A stretch of DNA of 64,000 nt from Lama glama (GCA_028534125.1 CM052851.1:496001-560000); one strand, 5' to 3'. Shown: positions 1-12,430, counted from the stretch's first letter. The notes: generated by a model not told the origin, from the sequence alone. Numbers and translations are program-made.

Positions 1-3000
1 CAGCCCCGAGAACGGTGTTGCAGGCAGAGTGCCCTTCATTCCAGGGCCTCAGGCCTGAGGCCGGCAGGAGCCCAGGCGGCCCGTCTGCTGGACACACCTG
101 GTCTGCTAGCCCACCGGCTCGGCCATGTCCCGAGCCAGGGAGGGGCTCTCTGCTTCCCCCACAACATGAACAGAGACAGGACCCCTCCTCTCAGCTGACG
201 CCCCCATCCCTGGGCAGGAGTGGCCCACTGCACGGACCCCAGACATGGTCACTGATTCCACGGGGTCTTGGCCACCCTGCGATACCCCATCTCAAGCCTG
301 CCCAACTCTAGCCGAACAAAGCTGCCCAGGAGAGTCGCCTTCGCTGGGAGCAGCCAGGAGGCCAGGCCCAGACCCCTGGGGACATCAGGCACCTGTGGGA
401 CCTGAGGACAAGCAGCACCAACAGTGACCCCACAAGCGGGACAAGGCAGGACTCAGCAATGGGTGCCGGCCACTGCCGGAGCTCGGGAACGCACCTGGGG
501 AGCAGTGACTGACACAATGCCTGTGGCCACACCCCAGACGGGCCCCCTAAAGTCAGCTAGAGACACCAGGCCCTGGCCACCACAAAACAGCAGATGCCAT
601 CAGCTCCAGGAAGACGTTTCCACGTTTCGCAAGCCCACCCACCCCCAGGTGGACATTCGCTCAGGAACCCATGAACGTCCAGACCCCACTGTTTCTGGGT
701 TTGATGGCTCACAAGGGAAGACAGGGCTGCGAGCTGAACAGTGCAGAGGGACCCCAGCAGAGGGGTGTGCTCCCAAGTCTTATGCTCTGGTCACTGCAGC
801 AGCCGAGGCCTTCCAGGAGGGATATGGGGCCTGGCACTGTCCCCAGTCAGCTGGGAGGAGGAGCCCACCCCCAGGGTCCTGGAAGTGCTGGGACCAGGTG
901 TGAAAGGGAGGGCTCAGGCAGGCAGAAGGGAGGGGGAAGTGAACCGGGGTGGGGGGGGACCAGGAGGCCTGCTACCCTGAGGGCCTCACTCACCCCATAA
1001 ACAGAAACCCTTCTGCTCAAACCCACGCAGCACGGCCAACGGCCTTGCTGTCACTGGCTGATCAGCCTTCAGAACAGATGCTCGAAACAAAGGCCACAGG
1101 GGTCAGGCAGACGGAGTTTCCCAGGGCTCTGCCATCTGGGAGGGGCGCGCCACACGCATGTCACAACTCCTGAGACCCCTCCTCTGCTGGTTTCTGCGCA
1201 GCCTCGTCGGAGGCAGACTGCGCTCTGTAACAGCCGCCTGCAGGGCCGGTCCTGGGAGGGAAGCCGGTCCTCCTGCGTCTGAGGTCAGCCCCCCGAGCCC
1301 TTTCCTCAGGCGAAGGGGGTCCACATGTTCTGCCCCTGACAGCAGGCCAAGCAGATGACCAGGACCAAACCGTGCCCGCAGGAGCAGGGCTCAAGGTCAG
1401 GACAGCACCTGTGCCAGCAGCCACCGCGGGCGGGCCCCAGACACCGGGTGGCAAAGGCGCCCCTGCCCCGGGCCGCACAGACTCCCTCTCGGAGCTGCTG
1501 TTCCCACGGGCGGTGGCACAGCCTTCGTGAGATGACTGATGTTGCAGAAAAAGCCAGAAAAACCATTAAGAGTTTATCGTCTTCTCCGTGGGGGCCGCCG
1601 GCAAGTATGAGAAGAGAAGGGGGATCAAAGCCAACGATGATGAGACAAACTCCTGGGGCCATCAGAGCCTCTGCTGTAAGCGGGGTCTGCTCGCCAGCTT
1701 CAGGGCGCCATCCAGATCCGTGCCCATGAAACCCACCCCCGGCTGCCAGGCTGGGCCCCCCCACCCGTGCTCGGCAGTGCCCAGGACCCCTGCCCTCAGC
1801 CTCCGCCACGCTGGCCATGGTCCCTTCCCTCCCGTCATCTGCTTGGATCCACGCGGAGAGAGTCTCTTGCCCTGGTCGTTGCGGGGTGAGGGCCTAGCTC
1901 ACGCCGCCCGCTCCCTCCCAGGGGCCAGGAGCTCAGGGCGGACCTCTTGGCCGAGAGAGCACCAGCTGGACAGCTGCCCCCTCCTGCCCTCCTCCCCACC
2001 GGGCCCAGAGACCAGGCCTGCAGGGGTGTCCGCCCCCACTCCCGCCCTCCCAGTCAGGCCCAGAGACCAAGTCTGCAGGGCCGTCCGCCCACCCACTCCC
2101 CAACCTCTGAGGCCGCCCCCGTACCTGTCCCAAGCTGTGAAGCTCTGTGGGACTGATGACTGCACGCAGCAGGGAGGGGCTACAGTGGTCCCGGCTCCAG
2201 CTGCATGACCAGGCATCCCCCTTCACCCCTACACAACCCTGAGGAGCTCGCCACCACCATAGCCCCCCTGCATTCATCCCACAGATGGCCTTTGACCTCA
2301 AAGGGCAACTGGGGTTCCACTGGCCACAGCTGACCCCAAAGCAGACCAGAAACCAGGAGGCCCTGGAAATGGGAGCTGCACCTGCGGCCAAGCCCACAGG
2401 CTGCTTGAGTGTCTTGTCTCCCCTGGCCCTTCCAGAAGGCCAGCTCCTTCCTTACCACCCCTGGAAGCCACAGGCCCCCATCCTGGGAGCCCCCGCTGTT
2501 GCCGGTCCTGCACATGTGTGTACTGTACATGAGCACGTGTGTGGCTGAGGGCCCAGGAGGGTGGGGGAGGAGCACAGGACAGGAGGCTGCCACCCAGGGC
2601 CCAAGCCCCCGTGTGCTGGGCCTGGAAGACCACAGCCCTGAGTGACGCGCTCAGCCTCGGCCTCTGGTGACATGTGGGGGGCTCTGCGGGGCAAGTGAGC
2701 GCCAAGCACAGAAGAGCAGCTGGCCAGGAAGCGAAGCCAGCATACCTGCCGCAGCAGCGTGGCCCACGGGCTCTTTCGTGTGAGGCCACTGGCCTGTAAG
2801 CGTCCAGCCACCAGACACTGTTCAACCTGATCCCATTAACTGGCCCTGCTCGAGTGAGCCGATGGCCATGGGGTGACAAGACAGTGTCTCCCCCCAGAGC
2901 AGGGGGCTGCGGGTGCAGGCAGCACCCTAGGGCCTCTGTGTGCCCCCCGCCTGCCAGTGCCCCACCCTGGGCCCCCCGTCTGCCCTCAGTCCTCACGCCG

Positions 3001-3389
3001 TGGTCCAGCCTCCTATGCCCAACACAGGGTGGACAGGGGAGTCAGAATGCGCGGCTCCAACAACCGGTGCCAGGTGCCCCACCCCCCACCCCAGGGGGTC
3101 TGGAGGAGCCGCCTCACATGGCTGGGGAAGGCGAGCAGCCAGGCCAAGTGGTGGGAGCCATGACCACACAGCTCTGACCCCCCAAGGCCTCAAGCGTCCT
3201 GGTGGAGGGACTCAGCCTTGACCTGCTGAGCCGTGAGGACCTGCCAAGTCCACTCAGGTGTCCCGAGTGCACCGGCTCGGGTCCCAAGACCCTCCCTGGG
3301 CCAACACGTGCAGTGGCCCCGGGGGAATCTGGACGGGGCTGGGTGGTGACCAGGAAGAGCCTCTCTGCCCGAGCCTGCAGGGCACTCAC

Positions 3390-3482
3390 CCGGGGCTGAC
3401 GGCAGGCGGGATGACCAGGATGGCCAGAAGCCTGGCCTGGTGCAGCGCCTCGGCCACATGGGTCAGCATGTGAATGAGGCCC
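3390..3482 (-). CDS. CHID1: CHID1 exon 8 (93 nt)
   Basis: tttgcag|GGGCCTC...CCCGG|gtgagt; GLIHMLTHVAEALHQARLLAILVIPPAVSPG. Confidence 0.95.
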
Positions 3483-6400
3483 CTGCAAAGAACGAAGAAA
3501 AGGTCAGGAGTGGCTTGGCCGAGACGCACTTGGGCAGGCGCCCCTTCACAGCCCTTCCTGCCCGGGAGGCGCAGGCTCTGGGTTGGCCCCACTCGAGCAC
3601 CAGGGCAGCCCTGGACCTTGGGGGCCGCCCTCTACCCTAGCCAGCCTGCCCCGGCCCCGCCCCTCCTCACACTCAGGGTCCCTCTAAGAGCAGCAGGGGT
3701 CCGTGCAGCGCCCCATCACCTCTGGACCCTCCCAGAGCAGAGCCAGGCAGGGATGAGGAGGGATCCCTGTGGACCAAGTGCACTGGCCTGCCGGGGGCTG
3801 AGTCAGCCAGGCGGTGTGACACTGGAGGTGCCTCGGTATGAGAGGGGCATGGGGGCTGCTCCACCAAGGTGGCCTTGTGCTGACGGGACCCTAACCTCAC
3901 CCCCAGGACGACTGCCTCACCTGTCCAGCCCCCCAGCTCAGATGCCAGGACACGGAGCTCTGCCTGCTTGACCCCAGGCAGGGGCGTGAGGAGGGAGCCC
4001 TGGCACATCGTGTGCCCAGACATAGGGGAGGAGCGTCCCTGTGGGCAGTGGGCCACCAGTGAGGGGACAGGGAGGGAGATGGCATCAGACTCCTCTGGCC
4101 CCTTGGCCTGTGGGAGGTGGCGGCAGGCCCAGTAGGAGCCCCTGTCAGGACGCCACTGGCAGTACGTGGGCTGTGGAGGGGCTGGTGCTGATGAGCCTCA
4201 GCCCTGCAGGTCCCAGGCTGGCTCTGAGCTGTGTGTGTCCACTCTAGCCTGGCCCCTCCATCACTGCTGGGAGGCCCTGGGCCCAGTGGCTGACCCTCAG
4301 GAGCCACCTCCCTCTGGAGAAGAGGCGGCCAGTCCCACCCCCTCATGCGCAGGCGGGTCAGAGCGGCTGAGGGGCCGAACGTACGTGCAGCACCTCCCAG
4401 GTGGGCTGACGCAGAGCCCGTGGGCCTGGGCATGAGTCTTGTCCCAGAGGACTCCGCTGCTGTCTGCCGTGGCCCTGCAAGGCCACCTCTTCTCAAAGTC
4501 CCCAGGAAGGCTCCGTCATGCCACCCACCCAGCTAGACACCCCCCACAGCTGCTCCAGGGGTTCACGGAGCCACTCGCTGACTTTCTTGGAGTTCTATCC
4601 CCACCCATGGGTGCAGACGTGGGAATAAGGCCCTCCTCTCAAACGGGCCACCGAACCCTCCTCTAGCCTCTTCCTGCCACCTGGGAGCCAGGAAGGGCGG
4701 AGGGCAGCCCGCCCGTCAGCCACCCAGAGCCCACTCACATGTGCTTCTGGCTCAGCAGCTGGCTCCAGACCTCCACCACGAAGCCGTCGAAGTGCTGGCT
4801 CTGAAAGGAGAGGGCACAGGTAAGAAGAGTCCCGGCAGCGCAGAGGGGCTGGGCTCCCACACACCCCATCCGCTAGCATGTCCCAGGGGGCACTCTCCTC
4901 CCTGCAGCCCAGCACCAGCGAGCTAGGGTGGGCACCCTCCCAGGAGGGTGGCAGACGGCTCACCCAGGGAAGGCCCTGCCCTAGAGACTCCCGTGGTCAC
5001 AAAGGAGCCTGGAGCAGCCTGTGCCGGACCTGCCAGCGCCGGGCGTCACCTTGGCCACCTGCACGATGCTCCTGCCAAGCTCTTCTATCTCATCCTCGCT
5101 GTCCAGGGTGTCCCGGAAGTCCTCGGGAGTCCAGTCCTCAAACAGCAGCCGAGGCACTGGGAACAGAGCGGCCCAGAGGTAACCCTCCTGGGCTCGGCCC
5201 TGCCCACAGCGTGGCCCTGCGCCTCCAGGGCACAGTGACCACAGCTGAGCACCCAGTGTGGTCCTCCCAGTGCCATGTGGCCTGGCAAGGGAGAGCACTG
5301 GGGGGCGCTGGGAGAGGACAGACACTGACCCTTTGTTTCCTGCACATGCCAGGCCCCCGAGTGCCCAGACCCTGCTCCTCCAGCTCCCCCTCAACGCTCC
5401 CTGCGGGCCCCCTCCCAGCTCCTCCTGCTCAACGGTTACATGCTCCCCAGAGCCCCTCTCCCCTCTCCGCAGTCACACATTCAACAGCCCTGTGCGACGG
5501 GCCCCTCTCTCACCAGCCATTGGCTCCAGGAAGGGGCTGGGCAGGGTGAGCGTCAGCCCCAGTAAGTGCTCGTGGGTGAGTGAGGAGATGGGAGGGCAAA
5601 GGCCACGGGGAGAGGCCCCCAGGGCTCCAGCTGGCCTGAGGGCCATGCATGCTGGCTCGGGCTGGCCACGTTTCTGAGCGGTTGGGAGTGACCCCCGTGA
5701 GAGGCAGCACAGCCTGGGTCACAGGCCCATGGGGAGGCCCAGGCCCCCTAGCCCGTACTGCACGGCCTAGAGGCCGAGGACCCCGACCACCCGGGCCCAC
5801 CGGACTCACCGATGTGTAAGCCCCTGCTCTGCTTCCTGACGGCCCGCAGCCACCCTGCGGGACGTGGAGAGGACAGTCAACGTGGGGACACAGCCCCTCG
5901 CCTGTGTGATGACCCAGCCTGCTCCCGAGGAGAAAATGCGGCCCCTCCGCCTCTGCTACGGGAGCACAGCAGGGGGGCGGCAGGAGAGAACATGCGCCCC
6001 CCCTCCACAGAGCAGCTGGGACCAGTGGACCAGCGGCCGCCCCAGGTGCCATGACTCCGCAGGGCCTGAGACTGTTCTGAGCTGAGGGCGTCGGAGGCCG
6101 GGCCCTGCGACGCCCAGCCGTGTCCTCTGACACATGGCCCATCAGCATCAGAACCCACCCCAGATCCGGGAACTCGACAACCAACTAACACACTCTCTCT
6201 CTGAACCCCCAAGGGGGCACATCTGTGTCAACTCGGGTGCATGCCCCCAAACATGGCTGTCAGGACACCCAGGCCTCACCTTCTCCTGGACACTCTGTCC
6301 CAGAGCCTCCCCCCAGACGCCTCTGCCCTGGACACCCAGCCCTGACACCACCTCCTTGGACACCGTGTACAAACCACCAAGGGAAACGGGTGCGGGTCAA

Positions 6401-7727
6401 GGTGGGCAGTGACCACACTCACACACACTCAGACACGCTCACACACCTTCCCCCCACCCCACGTCCACTCACACCCCCCGGGCCCTCGGGACGAGTGCGA
6501 GCAAGCAGCAGGGTGAGAACCTTGGTCCACGCCGTCAAGGCCCGTGACCTCGAACATTTCGCGGCCGCGCCTCCGCAGCTGCAGCCACACAGGGGAGATC
6601 TGGGTGAATTTGCCCCCGAAGATCTTGGCGACATCGTAGCCATGGCTGTTCCACTGGCAGAGGGCAGAGAGTGGTCAGCCCGTCTGCAGCTGGGGCCAGA
6701 GGGCCTGAGAGCCGCCCCTGGGCTGGGGCACCATGGGGTCGCCCTGCCATGTAGACCGAGACCCTGGGGCAATTCTGGCTACTCCTCTGGGCAGCATCGC
6801 TCCCACTGCACCCCTCCCCCGGATGGCCTGGGGAGGTGAGGACACAGACCCAGTGGCCACCTTGCCCTTGGTACCACCCTGCCCACCTCAGGGCCCAGCT
6901 TACTGGAGTGACGTAGCCCAGGACCTCCCCAGCAAAGTGCCTCCTCCGGGCTTTGGCCGAACAGTAGCTGCGATGCTCAAGAACCACGTCCTCAGCTCTG
7001 AGGTCGGTCACCACCAGCCCCCGCTCCTGGACCGGCTTATCTGAAAACTGAGTCTAAAGCACGAGGAACAGGGAGAAAACTGTCGGCATCCAGCCCCAGG
7101 CAGAGCCCCAGGGACGGCAGCCGGCCCCTCAGTCAGCAGGGACTGTGTCCTGGGATCAACACGGAGCTGCTGACTGCGAGCCCACAGGGAGAGGCCCACA
7201 TGTGAGGAGCTGACAGTCCCCGAAGACCCACTCTGCCTCCCTGGGGCCGTCCCCGGAAAACAGCACAAAGACTCAGCCTAGCCTGGCGTGGCTCCTGTCC
7301 GATTTGCTCGACTGCCTCGAACACTACAGCTCAATGAAGCAGGAAAGGGCGCAGGTGGGGAGAGACACAGAAAGCAGGGTAGGAGCGGAAATGTGGACAC
7401 AGCCACAGGAGACAGCCCGGTGGGGCAGGCGCACCCTTAGGCCCCAGCCCCAGGAGCTGCTGCCCCTAAGGCCCCTGCAGAGCCCCGGGCGGCACAGAGC
7501 TGGCTGCCCACAGTGGCCAAGCGCCCAGCTCTCAGCTCCCAGGCCACATCACAGGCCCTGGTGGGCAAGAAGGCACGATGGGGCAGCCCTTCGGCCAGCC
7601 CCCGGACCATCCCTACCTTCTCCAGCAGTGTCTTCGAGGCAGCCTTTTTGGCATCTGACTTTGACAGGGTGGTGTGCACAGAGCCACAGGCCAGGGCCAG
7701 CCAGAGTGTGCTGAGCAGCGCCCACAT
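3390..7727 (-). CDS. CHID1: CHID1 (stabilin-1-interacting chitinase-like protein, GH18-like), partial spliced CDS; join of exons 7617-7727, 6904-7053, 6521-6653, 5810-5854, 5050-5156, 4739-4800, 3390-3482; 3' exons outside the window
   Basis: Spliced translation MWALLSTLWLALACGSVHTTLSKSDAKKAASKTLLEK/TQFSDKPVQERGLVVTDLRAEDVVLEHRSYCSAKARRRHFAGEVLGYVTP/WNSHGYDVAKIFGGKFTQISPVWLQLRRRGREMFEVTGLDGVDQG/WLRAVRKQSRGLHI/VPRLLFEDWTPEDFRDTLDSEDEIEELGRSIVQVAK/SQHFDGFVVEVWSQLLSQKHM/GLIHMLTHVAEALHQARLLAILVIPPAVSPG closely matches recalled mammalian CHID1. All introns are GT-AG, phases are consistent, and the gene is adjacent to AP2A2 as in human. Confidence 0.97.
4739..4800 (-). CDS. CHID1: CHID1 exon 7 (62 nt), carries the degenerate GH18 motif FDGFVVE
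   Basis: tttcag|AGCCAG...CACAT|gtgagt; SQHFDGFVVEVWSQLLSQKH. Confidence 0.95.
5050..5156 (-). CDS. CHID1: CHID1 exon 6 (107 nt)
   Basis: ttcccag|TGCCTCGG...GCCAAG|gtgacg; VPRLLFEDW...VQVAK. Confidence 0.95.
5810..5854 (-). CDS. CHID1: CHID1 exon 5 (45 nt)
   Basis: ccgcag|GGTGGCTG...CACATCG|gtgagt; (G)WLRAVRKQSRGLHI. Confidence 0.93.
6521..6653 (-). CDS. CHID1: CHID1 exon 4 (133 nt)
   Basis: ctgccag|TGGAAC...GACCAAG|gttctc; WNSHGYD...VDQG; donor is weak but required by phase. Confidence 0.92.
6904..7053 (-). CDS. CHID1: CHID1 exon 3 (150 nt)
   Basis: tttag|ACTCAG...ACTCCA|gtaagc; TQFSDKPVQERG...LGYVTP. Confidence 0.95.
7617..7727 (-). CDS. CHID1: CHID1 first coding exon (exon 2; whole exon 7617-7770 including 43 nt of 5'UTR), encodes signal peptide
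   Basis: ATG at 7727; acceptor ctctctgcag before 7770; donor AAG|GTAGGG after 7617; 111 coding nt; hydrophobic N-terminus MWALLSTLWLALACGSVHT. Confidence 0.95.
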
Positions 7728-7989
7728 GCTGGGGGTGTCAGAGCAGGCTCCAATGTCGGAGTCCTGGGGGCTGCAGAGAGAGCAGAGGATATGAAGTCCA
7801 CCAGCAGACGGGGTGTCCCCTCTGCCTCCTGGAGCACGTGTCCTAATGGAGCCTGGGTCCTCCCAGACACCCAGAAAGAGCCCGCTGTGCGGCAGGCCAG
7901 AGGGCCCTCCCCCACTGCCTCAGGGCCACCCGAACTTTGGCCCCCAATTAGCAAAACATAGGCTCCCCACCTCCTCAAACCCAAGAAAT

Positions 7990-8500
7990 GTGGCTACCAG
8001 CTACCAGCTTCAGTGCAAAATAACAGAGCCACGGAAAGGACTTGAAGAGAACACGGTTACCGGTGCGTTTAAATGTGGGGGTGGGGGCGGGTTTTTCACC
8101 TGTGTCGGCCACAGTGTAGCTTACAAAGCAAAGCGTTAGAAGAGTTTACTACTTAAAACTGAGAGACTTTCCCTTAGGAAGCAAGACGTTGATTGGAACA
8201 AATAAACAAAACAGGAAAACACTTACAACGTACTTGACAGTAAGCTTCTATCTGCCTTGTACCTGTAACACGCAAAGGACTCTTAAAAACTGATTACAAA
8301 AGACACTCCAGTAAGAAACACCCCACTGCAGAAATAAGGAAGAGTCGTGAAGAGGTGTAGGACAGAAACCCCGTGACTCGCCCATGCCTCATCACAGACA
8401 CCCCGAGCCCCAGAGAGAGCACCTGGCTTCCAGCGATCACAGGAACGGACACTGACGGGAGACGGTGTGTCCGCCCAGCACTGGCGAGGACGCTGCCTCG
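7990..8500 (+). mobile_element. Old LINE-1 ORF2 3' fragment
   Basis: A-rich degenerate L1-like phrases (gaagagaacacgg..., ctatctgccttgta..., aaacaccccactgcagaaa); boundaries approximate. Confidence 0.5.
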
Positions 8501-11179
8501 AGGACCCAGGGCAGCAATAACTCTCACAGCTGTCCCTGGGAATTCAAGCTGATGACACTTTTGCCAGTGACAACCTGATAGTGAATATTACACTCTCCGA
8601 TGCGTGTTTCCACTTGTTTGCAAATTCCACTATGGGGGCTGTCACGCCTATTAGACCCCGCACGAGGCCCCCACAGAGAGAGGGACGGATGGACAGACGG
8701 ACGGGGGAAGTAAACAAGCAGGCCCTCTGGACCGCTGGCTGCTCTGTCTTCCCTTTGGCTTTGTCTGCTTCCTGGCATTCCCGTGCGGGACGTTCTTTGG
8801 CTGGCAGGGCATTTCACGGTCCGGGGCCCCACCTCTCCCCCGTGATCCTGCCTCCTTGTCTTTCTCTCTTGGGGCAGCTGAGCAAAGAGTCGGCTCAGGC
8901 GGGCCGTGGTCCCTGATGAGGCTTGAAGACACGCAGATAAGGCTTGGACTTTTATTTTCAGTTTATAAGACAAGCCTGTCGGTCAATGATCTCATTGTCC
9001 CAGCAGCATGCTCCCCCTCAGCCCAGCCAAGGGGTCGCTGGTCCAGAGGAGACCCTGGACCCCTACGCTACTAGGAGTTGGAGGCTGACCCAGCCCCCTG
9101 CCCAGGGGCGGGCACCCTGGGGACCCTCCTGGGCACCTGTCCCTCCACCACAACCACTTCCTGGCCAGAAGCTTGTTTTCTCAGCCTGCCTCTCTGCGCA
9201 GAGCAGCACATGCCCCTGCTTGGAGCTGTCGCCCCCACCCTCCCCACCCCTGTGAGATGGGCGCTCCTGGTGCAGACTGCCCCGGGCAGCAAGTTTCCAC
9301 ACTGGGGCACCTGATACACCCACTGCATACCTGCGTGGGGCCTTGGGAGAATGGGGCCCTGGGGCTCCCTCCCCAAAAACAAGGAGGCACAATGGCAGGA
9401 CCAGATACCTCCAAAGGGGTGTGGGGGATACGAGGACGCAGGCCAAGTGTGCCCTCCCTGCCAGCCCCTCTCCCTGGTAACACTGCCCAGCGTCAGATTC
9501 ACCCAGAACAGCAGCCTCTGCCACCCCAGGCCAACCCTGGCATCTCACCACCACAGTTGTGGGACCTGAGCTCCTTGGCCACAGCCCAGGGCTCGGAAGG
9601 GCCCTGTGGGAGAGGGACACTGGACATGGCAGGGATGGGCGGCCCAGAATCACCCAGCACTCCCTCGGCCAGTCTGAGACTGTGGCTACTAAGCTGTGAG
9701 GACCAACCCCAAGCAGCCTGGCCACCACAAGGCCGGAAAAACACCTAGGCAAACATGCTTCTGGAGTGAGGGCTCACATGAGTGGCTGCAGAGCTGACAC
9801 GCCGGGCACCAGAGGGACACCTGCCCCTGCCAGGGGTGGGGCCTACTCTGCCAGGACCCCATCTTCAACCCCGGCCCCCTCGGGCCTCTCTGTGGTTGCT
9901 GGCTCCGCTCCGGCTCCAGGGTGGAGGTCTGGGTCACTGAGGATGGAAAGGGATGAGAAATCAAGCAGGAGCTGGCCCTCTTGAAGCCGTCCAGCAGGGA
10001 TTTGGGGGTGCTCCCAGAGAGCCCTCTGCCTGACCCCTGACCTGTGATTTCACAGCACAGGAAAGAACAAAGAGGAAAGGGTGGTGATGGGACTGCTCTG
10101 GAGGAAGGGAGGCAGGCCTCCCGCTGGCTCCCCTGCCCTGTGGAAGGGCAACGGGAGAAGCGGACCAAGTGCGAGGCCTGGGCTGGCACTGCCCTGAGTG
10201 CCCAAAAACAGTGGGCCAGCCCTAGGGCGCAGCTCGGCAGCATCAGGGGGAGTGCTGGGCTGCTCCTGGAACGGCCATGGAACTTTCTAGACCTACTGTC
10301 TGCACCTCAGTGGCAGGGACATGTCAGCTGTGCTGTGTGGGTGCTTAGGCCATGACAAGGCCCCACCCGGGTGGCTCCCAGGACCCCCCACTGTGCATTT
10401 TGGTGAGGTGTCTGCTGGCCCCTCCACCCTGAGGCCTGAGGGCAAACTCTCCATCAAGCTCTTCAAAGAGCCGACTTCTGGGCTCACACACTGTTTCTGC
10501 CCAAAACGTGTTCCTTCCCTGCACACTAGTAACTCTTTGGGCAGAGCGGCCTCTGCAGTGTGGTGTGCAGTGGCTGGTTCACACTCATGGTCACACGGGG
10601 GGGTCATCACAAACACAGACCAGAGGGCCCTTGGAGGTGGGGTCTCAGACCTGCTGCCTGACTCGCTAGTGACCAAAAGCCCCGCTTCCCCAGGGCTCCA
10701 AGGTTTTGGGAGGATGCTTCAGCAGTGTCGGCTGAAGCACGGCAAAACGCCTTTCATCAAGACCCACGGTAAGAAAAAGTTTGTGGTAACCAGGTATGCA
10801 CACGCATGTTGTGGGTGTGCACGTGTGTCATATGTATGCATAGACTGAGAGGAGATGATCAGAGCTAACCCTGCTGAGACGTACTCTGACATTTTCTACT
10901 TCATCTTTAATAAGCTGGTTTTTATCCATCGTATCTGTTTCACTCCTCAGTGACATGCAATTTAAGAGACGCTGCTGGACACGCCTGGGTGTGCGTCACC
11001 CACACCTGGTGGGACCCCTGAGCCAAGTGCCTCATGAACAGAATGCTCCCGTTCCCACAGCACGTGCTATTCTCACCTGTGAGCACAAATTTTGGAGCCC
11101 ACTGTGCTCCCGCCGGGAGAGGCGAGGTGGGAAGAGAAGAGAGTGAAAGAGGTGGGACGACCACAGCCTGGCTGACTTT

Positions 11180-12430
11180 ATCAGCCCCGTGCTGCGTTAA
11201 CCGCGGGTCTGTTCAGACCCCGGGAGCAGGCACTGCGTCGTTCCCTCCACAAATGAGGCCGAGGAAGCCGCCCCGAGGCAGCCCTGGTGGGCGGTGAGCG
11301 GCCGCCGGGCGACCCCAGCTCCACAGGCGGCGGAAGCGAGATGGGATGGAGGTCGGGGTCGGCCGCCCAACCGCGGTCCCCCGACTGCTGCGGGCTCATG
11401 CCTAGGAGCCCCTCCCCAGTGCGGAAGATCTGCAGCCTTCAGCGTCTGGGACTGAGGCGAAGAGGGAGTCAGCCTAGCGCGCCCCAAAGCGCATCGGGGT
11501 CACCCGCCCCCGCGCTGGCCCGCCCTGCCCGCAGCCACTCTCGCTGCCGCCCACACAGGCTCGCGCCTCCCGCTCCTCCCGCTGCCCACGCCTCGTCCTC
11601 TCGTGCGCACCCGCTGTCACACCGCCTCCCGTCCACGCCCGCCGCCCCTCCTGCCCGCACACGCAACCCCGCGCGCCCACTCCGCGGAGGGGAACTGAGG
11701 CCCTGGGAGCCGGGGAAGCAGGCGCCGGAACTCGGGGCGCGAACGCCACCCCGGCGGGCCGCCGCGGGGCTCACCTGCATGTCGCAGGGCTCACCTGCAT
11801 GTCCCGGAGGGCCACCGGACCCTCCTCGCGCGTGGCCGGAAGACGCTCGCTAACGCCGCCGGAAGTCCCGCCCCAGGATGCCCGCGCGCCGCCGCCGCGC
11901 ACAGCACGCTGGGGGGGGGTCCCGGCTACGGGCCGAGGGGCGGGGCCTGGAGGACAGAACCCGGGGGAGGATCGATCTCGGGGCGGAGCGAGGCCGAGGG
12001 GCGAGACCGGGCCGGGGGCGGAGCGCTGGGCGGGGCGGGGCTGACGCTGGGGGCGGGGCGAATCAGAGGGGCTGGGCCAGGGGCGGAGCCGACCCAGAGG
12101 AGGAGCCCGGCGGGGACTCGGCGGGGTCCAGACTCGGGCACCCGAACTGAGAGCCCGCGCGCGCCGACCCCGGCCTTCCGTGGGCCCTGGCCTCTGATGG
12201 GAACCAAACGCCCTCTCTCGAGAGCTGGCGCGGAGGTCTGGGTTCCAAGGGGCGCGCAGTCCCCTCTCCTCCCCAGCGCACGCTCTGTGGAAGGCCCGGC
12301 TCCGGGTGCGATGTCTGCGCTGCGACCACCTGGGTGACCACCAGGGCGCGCCGCGGGCTCCAAGGCCTTTGCCCAGCCGGGCAGGGGGCCGAGGGGACCT
12401 CGCAGGACCGACCTCCCGCACTTCCACGTT
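11180..12430. promoter_or_regulatory. CpG island / CHID1 promoter
   Basis: Very high GC and CpG density; ETS-type CCGGAAGT at 11859-11866 and CCGGAAG at 11836; multiple GGGCGG GC boxes at 11867-12090; no TATA box seen. Confidence 0.85.
11775..11870 (-). other. CHID1: Probable CHID1 exon 1 (5' leader) with two tandem donors (exon ends at 11795 or 11775); TSS approximate
   Basis: Two copies of ATGCAG|GTGAGC on the minus strand, immediately downstream of ETS and GC-box motifs inside a CpG island. Confidence 0.7.

Noticed and set aside
1-3389. Further CHID1 coding exons
   Set aside because: The expected next peptide (TDQLGMFTHKEF...) was not found in the minus-strand frames, so the region is treated as intron 8.
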